From a virus, in IMG/VR virus record IMGVR_UViG_3300045988_100846, positions 1 to 37,663 of that record: a stretch of DNA of 37,663 nt; one strand, written 5' to 3'. The stretch's first letter is position 1, and each line of letters opens with the position of its first letter. Under the pieces are notes generated by a model that did not search any database, was not told the DNA's origin, and was given only the letters and a program-made list of their open reading frames with translations. Position numbers and translations under genes: made by a program. This document shows, piece after piece, positions 23,648 to 34,051 of the stretch.

Positions 23648-23739
23648 TCACCGCCCCGACCATGGGCAAAAACTGGCGGAGGGACGGAAACCAAGAACAA
23701 ACAAGCCTGTGGGTACGGCGTTCTTTTTATCAACAAATC

Positions 23740-23766
23740 AGCATCGGGAAATCGGTGCTTTTTTGA
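23740..23766 (+). terminator. Weak terminator-like hairpin after the DUF2829 gene
   Basis: 7-bp stem agcatcg / cggtgct (one G-U pair) followed by a T-run. Confidence 0.35.
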
Positions 23767-23793
23767 TACCCAAAACAGAAAGGAGTTGCGAAA

Positions 23794-24312
23794 ATGGCAG
23801 AAGAAATCAAACAGCAGGAGGCAGAACAGCCGGAAAAGACCTATTCCGCAGCGGAATACACCGCCCTGCAGGAACAGTTGGACGCAGCAAGAACCAGTCT
23901 GAAAGAAACAGCGGAAAAGCTGTCGTCCTTTGAAAAGATGGATATTGACGGCATTAAGCAGTCCGCTGCAGAGTGGCAACAGAAGTATGAACAGGCAGAG
24001 GCTGACCGCAAAGCAAAGGAATATCGGGACAATGTAGCAGCGTTTGTGCGAAAGCAAGGTATGAAAAATGATGTCTATGCGGAATACCTAACCAACCAGA
24101 TTATCAGTAAGCAGCTGCAGTTTGACGACAAGGGCAACCTGACAGGCGGTACAGAAACCGTGCAGGAATTAAAAAAGACCTGTCCGGATGCGTTTGCAGC
24201 AGAAGAACCGCCGAAGCCATTTCTGGGCAGTACGCCAGGATTTACAAGCACAGGCGATGCGTTTGACAAGCGTCTGCGAAAGATTATGGGCTTGCCGACC
24301 GACAACAAATAA
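23794..24312 (+). CDS. Scaffolding protein
   Basis: Acidic helical protein (EEIKQQEAEQPEK...) immediately upstream of the capsid gene. Confidence 0.75.
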   Translation: MAEEIKQQEAEQPEKTYSAAEYTALQEQLDAARTSLKETAEKLSSFEKMDIDGIKQSAAEWQQKYEQAEADRKAKEYRDNVAAFVRKQGMKNDVYAEYLTNQIISKQLQFDDKGNLTGGTETVQELKKTCPDAFAAEEPPKPFLGSTPGFTSTGDAFDKRLRKIMGLPTDNK

Positions 24313-24331
24313 TGAAAGGATGATATAATAA

Positions 24332-25204
24332 ATGGCAAATGCAATCGAATTGGCAAAAAAATGCGTCACCATGCTGGATGAGGTCTATAAGCAGTCCTCT
24401 AAGACCATGGTGTTGGACAGCGGTAGTGATATTGTCACAATGACAAAGGACACCGGAGAATTTAAGATTCCGAAGTATGACATGGACGGGCTGGGCGATT
24501 ACAGCCGCACAGAGGGCTATGCTGCTGGAGATGTCAAGTTGGAATGGGAAACCAAAAAGCCGAACTACGACCGTGGCAGAAAGTTTGCAGTCGATGCGAT
24601 GGACGATGAAGAATCTATTGCACTGGCGTTTGGTCTGCTGTCTGCCGAATTTATGCGAACAAAGGTTGTACCGGAAATGGACGCAATGCGGTTTGCACAG
24701 TACGCAGGGACAACCGGCATCCAGAAAAAAGCGGAAACCTTTGCAACCGTGACGGACATCACCGAAGCTATCATGACCGCAAACATCGCCCTTGATGAAG
24801 CGGAAGTCACCGAAACGGGTCGGTATTTGTTTGTAACACCAACCTTGTTACAGATGATTAACGCCATGGACACATACAAGTCCAAGGCAATGATGGAACG
24901 ATTTGCAAGCATCGTGACAGTACCGCAGAGCCGCTTTTATACAGCAATTGATACACTGGACGGCAAATCCGCCAGCGAAAAGGCAGGTGGATTCAAGAAA
25001 GCGACCGGTGCAAGCGATATCAACTTTATGATTGTTGACAAGGCAGCAGTCTTGCAGGTACAAAAGCACGTTGTATCTAAGATTATTGCTCCGGAAGTCA
25101 ACCAGTCTATGGATGCATGGGCGTTTTATTACCGCACATATGGCTTGACTGATGTGCTGGATAACCATGCAAAGGGCATTTATTGCTCCTATAAGACCGC
25201 CTGA
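24332..25204 (+). CDS. Major capsid protein
   Basis: 290 aa, following the scaffold gene. The call rests on sequence style and position. Confidence 0.8.
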   Translation: MANAIELAKKCVTMLDEVYKQSSKTMVLDSGSDIVTMTKDTGEFKIPKYDMDGLGDYSRTEGYAAGDVKLEWETKKPNYDRGRKFAVDAMDDEESIALAFGLLSAEFMRTKVVPEMDAMRFAQYAGTTGIQKKAETFATVTDITEAIMTANIALDEAEVTETGRYLFVTPTLLQMINAMDTYKSKAMMERFASIVTVPQSRFYTAIDTLDGKSASEKAGGFKKATGASDINFMIVDKAAVLQVQKHVVSKIIAPEVNQSMDAWAFYYRTYGLTDVLDNHAKGIYCSYKTA

Positions 25205-25217
25205 GGGAGTGGATGAA

Positions 25218-25301
25218 ATGAAGACCATCGGCATGAAACCACAGAAAAAGCAAAAACCAAAGCCGGGGAAAAAGCCGGAAACGGAGCGAGAAAAGGCATG
25301 A
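25218..25301 (+). CDS. Possible very small lysine-rich protein, 27 aa
   Basis: GAGGGAGTGG ribosome binding site and ATGA coupling to the next gene. Translation: MKTIGMKPQKKQKPKPGKKPETEREKA. Confidence 0.3.
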   Translation: MKTIGMKPQKKQKPKPGKKPETEREKA

Positions 25302-25723
25302 TTTATGCAGATTTTCCGTATTATCAAGATTTTTACTGTGGTACATTCATCACGGATGCGGCAGCATTTCGCACGGCTGCCGCCCGTGCATCGGAGTACA
25401 TAGACAGTATCACGTTTGGACGGCTGCAAAACGGTATCCCAGATGCGTACACCGAGCAAGTTAAGAATTGCTGCTGTGCCTTATCTGAGGCGTGGACGTT
25501 ATTTCTGGACGCAAAAAACGGAATGCTTGCAGGCAGCAAGGGTGCAAAAACTGCCGAAACCATTGGAAAATACAGCGTCAGCTATAGCACACCAGCAGAC
25601 GTTGTAGCCGCTCTTCTGGACGGCAGCACGGCAGGCTTGCAAAGTTATCAATACCGTATTTGTATGCAGTATCTGGGGCGTACAGGGCTACTATACAGGG
25701 GGTGCAACGAGGATTGTATGTAA
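25298..25723 (+). CDS. Head-tail connector (gp6-like DNA packaging protein)
   Basis: The N-terminus YADFPYYQDFYCGTFITDAAAFRTAAARASEYIDSITFGRL is typical of gp6-like connectors. Confidence 0.7.
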   Translation: MIYADFPYYQDFYCGTFITDAAAFRTAAARASEYIDSITFGRLQNGIPDAYTEQVKNCCCALSEAWTLFLDAKNGMLAGSKGAKTAETIGKYSVSYSTPADVVAALLDGSTAGLQSYQYRICMQYLGRTGLLYRGCNEDCM

Positions 25724-26046
25724 ATAAAATTGGTTGTACCGTCTACGAGCGGACAGCCGGAGCAAACCGCATGGAAACCTACATCCGGCATTTTATCCCG
25801 TCAATCTATTGGGAAGATGCAGCCGGGCAAACACAATCCGGCGTGGCAATGCAGCAGCAAAACACGGCATTTTGCGTAATTCCTGCCGTTTCCTTGTCTG
25901 ACTATCTGCCAAAACGAGATGATTTGCTTGTATGCGGTCGCTGCGAGGATGTAACACCGCCCGAAACTGCAAAAAGAGTGATGATGGTAGAAGATTACCG
26001 CTACGGCTCTGTGGACGTGCAGCACATCGAGGTGACTGCAGGATGA
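25702..26046 (+). CDS. Head closure / minor capsid-type protein
   Basis: Called by position. The start is uncertain (ATG 25660, GTG 25702 or TTG 25714). Confidence 0.55.
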   Translation: MQRGLYVNKIGCTVYERTAGANRMETYIRHFIPSIYWEDAAGQTQSGVAMQQQNTAFCVIPAVSLSDYLPKRDDLLVCGRCEDVTPPETAKRVMMVEDYRYGSVDVQHIEVTAG

Positions 26047-26372
26047 GTTTGACGTTTAAAATCACTATGCCGCAGGTGCAGCAGCTACAAAAGCGGTTGC
26101 AGCCTGTGCAAAAGTACGTGGATAGCGAGATTTTGCGGAAATGTGACCCGTATATCCCGTTTAAAACGGGGATGTTGCGTGATTCTGGCATTTTAGGGAC
26201 AAAGGTTGGCAGCGGTCGCATCCGCTGGCTTGCACCATACGCACGCAAACAGTACTACAAAGGGCTGTCGACCGGCAAGCGTGGCAGATACTGGGTAAAG
26301 CGGGCAATGACCGCCCACGGGCAGAGTATCATGAGAGGGGCACAAAAAAAGCTAAATGGTGGAGGTGGATAA
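26043..26372 (+). CDS. Head-tail joining / minor capsid-type protein
   Basis: ATGA-coupled ATG 26043. The motif YIPFKTGMLRDSG is typical of this gene slot. Confidence 0.6.
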   Translation: MSLTFKITMPQVQQLQKRLQPVQKYVDSEILRKCDPYIPFKTGMLRDSGILGTKVGSGRIRWLAPYARKQYYKGLSTGKRGRYWVKRAMTAHGQSIMRGAQKKLNGGGG

Positions 26373-26823
26373 TTTGTCAATCATTGAGGCGGTACGAAAT
26401 TACATTGCATCCTGTCCTTTGCTAAAAGACGGTCGGATTTTAGGCGTTGACCGCATCGGAGCGGATGCAATTGAGTACAGCATTGACGTGCTCCCCTGCG
26501 AGCCGGTGCTGAAAACATACGTGGACGGCTCGAAAATCAAACAATTCCAGTTTGCGTTCAGCAGTCGGGAAGCGTACGGACGGGATGTGGTGCAGGGCAT
26601 TCAAAATTCTGCGTTTTACGAAGATTTTGCGGACTGGATTGGACGCAATGACGATGCAGGGATTTATCCGGATTTGGGCGAGTTTCGCCCCGTCCGGTCG
26701 ATTGAATTGACATCGGGCGGTTATGCCATTGATGTCACAGAAACAACCGCACGCTATCAAATCGAACTGCGGTTGACATATTTGGAATCATGGAGGTATT
26801 TAAAAAATGGGCGTAGGAATTGA
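26356..26823 (+). CDS. Tail completion / tail terminator-type protein
   Basis: Called by its position before the major tail gene. An alternative start is TTG 26374, after GGAGGTGG. Confidence 0.55.
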   Translation: MVEVDNLSIIEAVRNYIASCPLLKDGRILGVDRIGADAIEYSIDVLPCEPVLKTYVDGSKIKQFQFAFSSREAYGRDVVQGIQNSAFYEDFADWIGRNDDAGIYPDLGEFRPVRSIELTSGGYAIDVTETTARYQIELRLTYLESWRYLKNGRRN

Positions 26824-27322
26824 CGCACTTAAACTTAAAAAGCGGTCAGAAAAGCTGGCATTTTTGGAAGTCAAGCTTGGTGACAAGGCAACCGGCTATT
26901 GCCGTTTGGAAGGCTTTACAACACAGACATTTAACGCCAATGCGAAAGAATTCACCCGTCAGTATGTAGACGAAGATACAGAGCGAACCGATGTTACAGG
27001 CTATTCCGAAAGCGTCAACTACAATTTTGACCAGTATATCGGGCAGCCGGCATTGAGCGAAATTGTGAAAATCACGGAAAACGAACTGACCGGAACGGAT
27101 GCAGTCCGCAACATCTTGCTTGTGGATATGACGTCCAACACATCCGGCGGACAGTATGAAGCAACATTGAGAGCCTATGCGATTGTGCCGTCCAGCAACG
27201 GCGACACGACCGACTGCATGACCTATTCAGGCGACTTTAAGTCCAGAGGGGCAAAGAAAGCGGTCAAGGTCACTCTGGACAAAGACTTTGAAAACGCAAC
27301 CATTGTAAACGCTGAAAAGTAA
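26807..27322 (+). CDS. Major tail protein
   Basis: 171 aa, followed by chaperone genes and the tape measure gene. Confidence 0.75.
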   Translation: MGVGIDALKLKKRSEKLAFLEVKLGDKATGYCRLEGFTTQTFNANAKEFTRQYVDEDTERTDVTGYSESVNYNFDQYIGQPALSEIVKITENELTGTDAVRNILLVDMTSNTSGGQYEATLRAYAIVPSSNGDTTDCMTYSGDFKSRGAKKAVKVTLDKDFENATIVNAEK

Positions 27323-27336
27323 AAGGAGCGTAACCG

Positions 27337-27684
27337 ATGCAAGACATGTATACAGTAGCTATAAACGGGGTTGCTTTACACGTGGATGCAGAGGATGCAG
27401 CATTTATGCAGCGGTATGCCACCGCTGCTGCTGCTATCCCTGACCATCCAATCAAAGACGATGCGGATGGCATCCGGCAGTATTGCAAAGCGTTCAGGGT
27501 ATTTTTTGACACATTATTCGGTGATGGGACAGCAGCTGCCGTTTTTGCAGATGTCCCCGACAATCGCCGGGAGTACGAAAAAACATTTATGCAGTTACTA
27601 AAAGCGATGTTCGAGCAGCGAATTGCTGCAAAATTAAGACTGGTTGAGGCGGTGAAACAATATGCCCCCGGAGAAATGGTATAA
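27337..27684 (+). CDS. Tail assembly chaperone
   Basis: Small acidic protein between the major tail gene and the tape measure gene. Confidence 0.65.
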   Translation: MQDMYTVAINGVALHVDAEDAAFMQRYATAAAAIPDHPIKDDADGIRQYCKAFRVFFDTLFGDGTAAAVFADVPDNRREYEKTFMQLLKAMFEQRIAAKLRLVEAVKQYAPGEMV

Positions 27685-28222
27685 CATTTTAACGGATACT
27701 CTGCCGGACAGCGTGGAGGTGGACGGCGAACGCTACCACATCCATACCAATTTTCGGGATTGGATTTCATTTTTTTTGCTGCACGAAGACAAGGAATTAA
27801 CGGATGTTGAAAAAATCCATATTTCCATGAACTGGTATATAGAAACGCCGGATAATCGGCTTGCAGCCTATCAGGCGTTGCAAGAATTTGCGGCGTGTCA
27901 ATCACTGCCAAAGCCAAAAGGGACAGGTACATCCGCACCTGTTTTTTCTTATTTGCACGATAGTCCATACTTATTTGCAGATTTTTTGAGGTTTTATCAA
28001 ATCAATTTGCAGACCACACAGCTGCATTGGTTTGCGTTTAATGCTCTATTTGAGGGCATGCCAGAGGACAGCAGTACAAAGCAGCGAATCGCATACAGGA
28101 GTGTGAATCTGGGAGCAATCAAAGACAAAAAAGAGCGGGCAAGGCTTGCAAAAATCCAGCGGTCAGTTGCAATCCCACGACCGCCAATGACGGCGGCAGA
28201 AGTAGGAAATTTATTCGGATAA
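27662..28222 (+). CDS. Gp15-family tail assembly protein
   Basis: WYNILTDTLPDSVEVDGERYHIHTNFRDWISF resembles the Bacteriophage Gp15 family. It has its own ATG. Confidence 0.65.
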   Translation: MPPEKWYNILTDTLPDSVEVDGERYHIHTNFRDWISFFLLHEDKELTDVEKIHISMNWYIETPDNRLAAYQALQEFAACQSLPKPKGTGTSAPVFSYLHDSPYLFADFLRFYQINLQTTQLHWFAFNALFEGMPEDSSTKQRIAYRSVNLGAIKDKKERARLAKIQRSVAIPRPPMTAAEVGNLFG

Positions 28223-28237
28223 AAGGAGGTGGGGCAA

Positions 28238-31200
28238 ATGGCAAATGACGGCACGATTGCATTTGATTCTCGGATAAACACCGATAATTTGAACAGAGAT
28301 TTGTCGGAAATGGAGGAGGCAATCTCAGACGCTGCCACTGCAGCAGAAAAAGAAACCGAACAATCATTTAGCAGCATAAAGTCTCAGGTTGCAAAGTTAG
28401 CAGCAACATACAAAGAAGCCGGAATGACTGCTTCAGATGCGATGAAAAAAGCATGGGCGGAAGTAAAAGAAAGTTCCACATCTTTCCAAACAGCAGAAAG
28501 AACTGTTTCCGACTTTGCAGACAAGGCGGAAGCGGAACTGCAAAATGTGAGAGAAATTGCAACACAATCTTTCGATGGGATTCCACAGAACGTGGAAAAA
28601 AGCCTTGAAGCAGCCAATACTTCTGTAGATCAATTTTCTGGAAAACTGCAAAACGCCCTTGCTGCCGCCGGCTTGGCATACGGGGCAAAAGAAATCACAG
28701 AAGTGGGCACCTCCTATGAAAAAGCCATGAATCAGGTGGCAATCTCTACAGGTACGGCAGGGCAGGAACTGGAGAACCTGCAGGGCATTGCGTCCAACGT
28801 GTATGCAGACAATTTTGGAGAATCTATGGAAGATGCAGCCGCCAGCGTGGCAGAGGTGTACAAGCGGACTGGATTGGTCGGCGAGGAGCTGCAAAAGGCA
28901 ACCGAAGACGCATACACCTTGCAAAATGCGTTTGGATATGAGGTCAACGACAGCCTGCAGGCTGTCACGCAGCTGATGAGCACGTTTGGTATTACTGCAG
29001 ATGAGGCTTACACGTTGATTGCACAGGGTGCACAAAAGGGCCTTGACCAAAATGGTGACATGCTGGACACGTTAAACGAGTATTCCGTGCAGTTTGCCAA
29101 TCTGGGTTACTCTGCAGAGGATATGTTTAATATGCTTGCAAATGGCGTACAAAACGGTACATGGTCAGTGGATAAGCTGGGCGATGCGGTCAAAGAAATG
29201 AACATCCGATTAAATGATGGCACAGCGAACGAAGCCTTACAAACATTAGGGTTTAACCTTGACGACATAAAATCAAAGCTCGCTGCCGGCGGCTCTGATG
29301 CGCAGGAAGCAATTCAGAAAATCATGGCGGCATTGTCACAGGTGGAGAACGAGCAAGACCGCTATGTGTTGGGTCAGACGCTGATGGGAACGCAGTGGGA
29401 AGACATCGGCGAAAGTGCCGTGCAAGCCCTGATGAACACGCAGGGCGAAATCTCCACCACATCTGATGCAATGGACAAGCTATCCGACATGCAATTTGAC
29501 GACCTAGGCAGCCAGTTTGAAAAGCTGAAGCGTCAGGTTGAAACAGAAGTTGTGCTCCCGATTGCACAAAAATACATGCCAAAAATTGAAAAAGCAATTG
29601 ACTACGTATCGGAGCACCTTGATGAGATTGTAGCACATGCAAAGCCGATTGCAACAGCGATTGCGGCAGCGTTTGCAGTTAAAAAAATCACGGATTTTGG
29701 TAGCTCTGCGATTACGACCGCAAAAACAATCAAAACAGCGTTTAAGATGTTAAACGCATCTAATCCGCTTGGCTGGATTGCAATTGGAGTGAGTGCCCTT
29801 GTGGGGCTGGAAACGGCACTGCGGAGCATGTCCAGCAAACATCAGGCATACTTACAAGGTATCACCGACAAAGCCGCCGAAATCCCTACAGAGCTGCAAA
29901 AATCTATTGATGCAACCAACGAGTTTGCCGACTCTTGGGACAACATCAAAAAAAACATGGGCAGCAATTTTACAACGGAGTCATTTGACTATGAGAGTGT
30001 TGTAAAACTCAAAGACTCTTTAGGCGAGTTAATCAATGCGGACGGTACAATCAAAGCTGGAGCAGAGCAAAAAGTATCTGACATCATCGGTCAGCTTAAC
30101 CAGTACGCAGATACAGGGTTGATGGTGTCTGACGGCGTTATCCAAAAAAATGGCGAGGTTGTCACATCTTATGACCAAATCTCAGATAGCATCGATAAGG
30201 TCATAGAAAAGCAGCATGCACAAAACTTGTTAAGTGTTGCGGAGCAAGGCTATCAAGAGGCATTAGGCAGCCAGCAACAGCTTTTGGACAACGAGACGGA
30301 GTATGCAAACGTGCTGGAAGAAACACGAGCAAAAGCCTCTGCACTGCAAAAAGAAATTGACTCACTTTATAAAACTCATGCACTCGGGACGGATATAAAT
30401 GGGAATATTTACGTGGACGCAGAAGCAGGAAACCGCATCGCAGAATTAAAAGCAGAATTAGACGGATATAACCAAAAAATTGACGAAACCACCGAAGCAC
30501 GGGCAAAAAACAACGCAGAGTTGGAAGCGTCTCTTGCATATATCTCCCGATATAAAGGGATGCAAGAAGACTTGTTAAACGAAGATTTTGACAAGGTTGG
30601 CGAGGGATTTGCAAAGTTATCCTCTGATTTTATCACCGCATCCACAGGGACACGGGAGGAATTAAAACAGCAGGTATCTGACTTTAAAAGCCAGTATGAA
30701 ACGCTCCTCGAAACACAGAAAAAAAGTCCGGAATTGGTATCAGATGAGCAACTACAAAACGCACTCTATTTGTGGGAGCAATCCATGGTTGAGTTGGAGG
30801 CAGCAACCGGAGAGCATGCGGTCAACATCGGTGCAAATTTTGTTGACACATTGGCAATGTCTGGTATGAGTCAGGATGCACAAATCGTAGCGTTAAATAC
30901 ATATATCCAAAACCGTCTAAACGACGGAGAGAGTTTGAAAGAGATTGCGGACTCATTAGGTGTAAATTTTACATCGAGCATGGCAGAAGGGGCAGAGAAA
31001 GGCGGAGCAGCCCTCGAAGAAGCTGAGAAATACATCGTAAACTCTGCCGTTGAAAACGTGAAAAACGACGCTTATAACGGTATGTATGACCTTGGCGATT
31101 ATATGGGCAGAGGCACAATTGCTGGATTAGAAGCGACGCAAGCAGCCCTGGAAGCAGTGGCACAGCACCACGTTTGGTCTGCTATCGGTGCAGCACAAGC

Positions 31201-31636
31201 AGCTGCGGACATCCACTCGCCGTCCCGTGTTATGCGTGATAAAGTCGGTTATATGTTAGGCCTAGGCACAGCAGCAGGCTTGCAAAAGAGTACGCCAGCG
31301 GTGCAAGACGCATCTAAAAACAGCGTTACAGCTGCCGTTAATGCAGCAACTGACGTTTTCCCGAATGTTGGCGTTACCGCTGAGATTGCACAGGCTCTTG
31401 TGCCACAAACGCTGGGCATTATGTCAAATCAAGGCAGCTCTGCAGTGTCTGCATATAATCCGGCATATCAACAGATACAAACGGCAGATATGCAGCAGCA
31501 GCCAACTCCAACGCAAAGCAATCAGGGTATCCGTGACATTATTATCCCCGTTAATATTGGCGATGAAACGCTTGAAACGGTCGTTGTAAACGCCATTACA
31601 AGAGCAAATGCAAGCAGTGGGGGGTGGAGCGTGTGA
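28238..31636 (+). CDS. Tape measure protein
   Basis: ATG 28238 has AAAGGAGGTGG upstream. 1132 aa, helical, with a central hydrophobic segment and the ADIHSPSRVMRDKVGYMLG motif. Confidence 0.92.
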   Translation: MANDGTIAFDSRINTDNLNRDLSEMEEAISDAATAAEKETEQSFSSIKSQVAKLAATYKEAGMTASDAMKKAWAEVKESSTSFQTAERTVSDFADKAEAELQNVREIATQSFDGIPQNVEKSLEAANTSVDQFSGKLQNALAAAGLAYGAKEITEVGTSYEKAMNQVAISTGTAGQELENLQGIASNVYADNFGESMEDAAASVAEVYKRTGLVGEELQKATEDAYTLQNAFGYEVNDSLQAVTQLMSTFGITADEAYTLIAQGAQKGLDQNGDMLDTLNEYSVQFANLGYSAEDMFNMLANGVQNGTWSVDKLGDAVKEMNIRLNDGTANEALQTLGFNLDDIKSKLAAGGSDAQEAIQKIMAALSQVENEQDRYVLGQTLMGTQWEDIGESAVQALMNTQGEISTTSDAMDKLSDMQFDDLGSQFEKLKRQVETEVVLPIAQKYMPKIEKAIDYVSEHLDEIVAHAKPIATAIAAAFAVKKITDFGSSAITTAKTIKTAFKMLNASNPLGWIAIGVSALVGLETALRSMSSKHQAYLQGITDKAAEIPTELQKSIDATNEFADSWDNIKKNMGSNFTTESFDYESVVKLKDSLGELINADGTIKAGAEQKVSDIIGQLNQYADTGLMVSDGVIQKNGEVVTSYDQISDSIDKVIEKQHAQNLLSVAEQGYQEALGSQQQLLDNETEYANVLEETRAKASALQKEIDSLYKTHALGTDINGNIYVDAEAGNRIAELKAELDGYNQKIDETTEARAKNNAELEASLAYISRYKGMQEDLLNEDFDKVGEGFAKLSSDFITASTGTREELKQQVSDFKSQYETLLETQKKSPELVSDEQLQNALYLWEQSMVELEAATGEHAVNIGANFVDTLAMSGMSQDAQIVALNTYIQNRLNDGESLKEIADSLGVNFTSSMAEGAEKGGAALEEAEKYIVNSAVENVKNDAYNGMYDLGDYMGRGTIAGLEATQAALEAVAQHHVWSAIGAAQAAADIHSPSRVMRDKVGYMLGLGTAAGLQKSTPAVQDASKNSVTAAVNAATDVFPNVGVTAEIAQALVPQTLGIMSNQGSSAVSAYNPAYQQIQTADMQQQPTPTQSNQGIRDIIIPVNIGDETLETVVVNAITRANASSGGWSV

Positions 31637-32508
31637 TACAAATTAATCACAAAAGCTATAACTATACTGAGCAAATAAGCCCGGTTTACATCCAGCTGAT
31701 TGCTGGCGGGTCTTATGGTATTGCAACAAATTTTAACTGGCAAATGGCAACGACCTTACAAGGCACAACAATAGAGCGAGTATCAAACGGGATTGTTTTT
31801 AAGAGCGGAGATGTTGACGTCCTGGCACTGGATGAGGATGCACGCATCCGGCTTACAGACATTGGGCTTCCGGCAGACCACAAAAACGGTAATGCAATCA
31901 TAACAAAAAATACAGAAGTTTTTACTAAAGTGGATGGTACTGTCAGCAACTATCAAAGCAGTGACGGACGCACCGTCGATTTGAGAACGCCAGATTTTTG
32001 CTATGATTTAAGTACTGGTAGGATGTACCGTGCAAACAGGGACAGTGACACAGAGCTCCGTGTCTGGACAACAGAGTACCATAACTATTTGATTCGTCAA
32101 TTTACAAAATTTGACGTATCTTATTCGGAAATCACAAACACCTATGAAAACGAAACCGGACACACTATCCAATATCCGGTCCGAGTCGGCAAGCGAAAAA
32201 TCGACTTGGAATTAGAGTGCAACCTCGACGCGCTGAACATCTTAACGGAATTTTTCCAGCAATCGGAAATTTTGATGCTCTACCAATCCCCAACGGATGC
32301 AGCAGAGCAGTTTGGCACATTTCGCAAAACATCTGACATCCAAGTGCAAACGGTCTCAAAAAATCCGCATTATTACAATAATCCATTTTTATATCAAAAG
32401 CTGGAGGATGGTACAAACAACGGATATTTTTATGAGTTGCAAGAGTTGTATGCAGGCAAAAGTCAAACCGGTATCTATTACATTTCTGTCAGCCTGGAGG
32501 AGGTGTAA
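31633..32508 (+). CDS. Distal tail protein (Dit)
   Basis: GTG 31633 overlaps the tape measure stop and is preceded by GGGGGGTGGAG. Called by position and size. Confidence 0.75.
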   Translation: MIQINHKSYNYTEQISPVYIQLIAGGSYGIATNFNWQMATTLQGTTIERVSNGIVFKSGDVDVLALDEDARIRLTDIGLPADHKNGNAIITKNTEVFTKVDGTVSNYQSSDGRTVDLRTPDFCYDLSTGRMYRANRDSDTELRVWTTEYHNYLIRQFTKFDVSYSEITNTYENETGHTIQYPVRVGKRKIDLELECNLDALNILTEFFQQSEILMLYQSPTDAAEQFGTFRKTSDIQVQTVSKNPHYYNNPFLYQKLEDGTNNGYFYELQELYAGKSQTGIYYISVSLEEV

Positions 32509-32511
32509 ACC

Positions 32512-34038
32512 ATGGTGATTTACGAGCATGTAAAGGGCATTCTCTCTGTTCCCTGCTATCTGGATAATGGTGATTATGCCGAATATACAACGGACATTGC
32601 TTTTACCGATTCTGATATTATCCGGAATAGCTGTTCCATCAAATCCTCTGCCTGTGACAGCAGCACCTTTTCCCTTGGCAGTGTCCGCCCGGCGGAACTG
32701 TCCATTCAGCTGCACTTAGAGCAAGACGGCATCAATGCATATAACTTGTATGGTGCAAAAATCATTCTGTACAGCTGCTATCAAAAAGAGCCGTCAGATT
32801 GGATTTTTCGTGGAATGTTCTGGGTGACATCGGTATCCCGTAAAAAAACGCTGTACACGCTTCGGGCATCGGATGCCTTGGTATGGCTAAATAACAATTC
32901 CATTTCGTCCGGTTCTGGAAAAGTTGATGACGATGAAAGCGAAGTATCCAAAAAACTGAGGGATAAACTGGAAGGTTATGAGGGCGGCGGTGACGGTGGT
33001 GTTTATCCTCTGCATGAAATTGTAACGGATATTGTCACATGGACGAATGACATTCTGCAAAATATGATTGCAGAAAAGCCACTTGCTTATGAACATATCA
33101 ATTCTATCCCGAATGATAATCCAAAACTGGGAAATTCCTACAGCGGTTATACACTGATGCGAAAATCAGAAGAGGGAGAATCCAGAAATACCCGATACAG
33201 TGCTATCGATTATATCTCTGCCCTTGCAAAACCGGCTTGTTCCTTTGTATGTATGCGAAATGACCAATATCAGAACAATGATTCACAAGTGCCTTTTTCT
33301 CTTGTTCCATTTGGCTTTTTTAAAGACAAAATACGTGTTCCGTTTTCTTCTATTGCAAGAGATAGCTGTGATGTGGCATCGTATAACATCTATATTCAAA
33401 AGGTCTATTTTAAAACCTATGATGATACTGGATGGACAAATGCAAGGGAATACAAGCCAATGCTGGGAAATGCAGAAATCGACCTGTCCAGCAATTGCTT
33501 TTTTGATGGAAGAAGAATGGAAACGGTTTTGAATTATCAAGAAGACTTTCCGGACACAAACGACAAAAACGAATATCCGATTGTGGAAGCAGCAGCAAAT
33601 TATCTGTTTCACAATGTGCTGCTGAAACCATTTCAGCTAAAATGCTATCTGAAATTTGATGACATGGAACACTTTCCTAAGTTGGGGCAGCGAATTGAAA
33701 TCGAATATCAGCCTGGGAAATGGGCAGAAAGTACCATTACAAACATGACCTGGAAGTTCCGTGGTGGATGGGAGTTTTCCTGCACCGGGAAGGACACCAG
33801 AGTGCTGGCACAGGCTGCAAAGCGGTCGCTGGCGTTCAATGCAGAAAACGCATCGAAACGTCATGCGGACATTGTGGCAGCAAGTGCTAAAAAAATTGCT
33901 TTAGCGAAAGCAGACGAAGCTTGGAATTATGCTGACAAGAATGTATCAGATATACAAAATTTAGAAGATAACAAAGTTGAAAACGAAGAATTTAAAAACG
34001 CAATCAATGCCCTCTGGGATGCTATCAATAACTTGTAA
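32512..34038 (+). CDS. Tail-associated protein (Tal / baseplate hub-like)
   Basis: 508 aa, following Dit, with a C-terminal coiled coil. Confidence 0.75.
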   Translation: MVIYEHVKGILSVPCYLDNGDYAEYTTDIAFTDSDIIRNSCSIKSSACDSSTFSLGSVRPAELSIQLHLEQDGINAYNLYGAKIILYSCYQKEPSDWIFRGMFWVTSVSRKKTLYTLRASDALVWLNNNSISSGSGKVDDDESEVSKKLRDKLEGYEGGGDGGVYPLHEIVTDIVTWTNDILQNMIAEKPLAYEHINSIPNDNPKLGNSYSGYTLMRKSEEGESRNTRYSAIDYISALAKPACSFVCMRNDQYQNNDSQVPFSLVPFGFFKDKIRVPFSSIARDSCDVASYNIYIQKVYFKTYDDTGWTNAREYKPMLGNAEIDLSSNCFFDGRRMETVLNYQEDFPDTNDKNEYPIVEAAANYLFHNVLLKPFQLKCYLKFDDMEHFPKLGQRIEIEYQPGKWAESTITNMTWKFRGGWEFSCTGKDTRVLAQAAKRSLAFNAENASKRHADIVAASAKKIALAKADEAWNYADKNVSDIQNLEDNKVENEEFKNAINALWDAINNL

Positions 34039-34051
34039 GGGAGATGATACC

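Noticed and set aside
27600-27700. Programmed -1 frameshift joining the two tail chaperone ORFs
   Set aside because: The downstream ORF is in the +1 frame relative to the upstream one and has its own ATG at 27662. No X-XXY-YYZ slippery heptamer is visible in the 23-nt overlap. It looks like a separate Gp15-family gene.
28238-31636. Numerous antisense and off-frame ORFs inside the tape measure gene (for example 28433..29050 minus and 30201..30614 minus)
   Set aside because: They lie entirely within a continuous 1132-aa frame with typical tape measure features. They have no translation signals and their composition is implausible.
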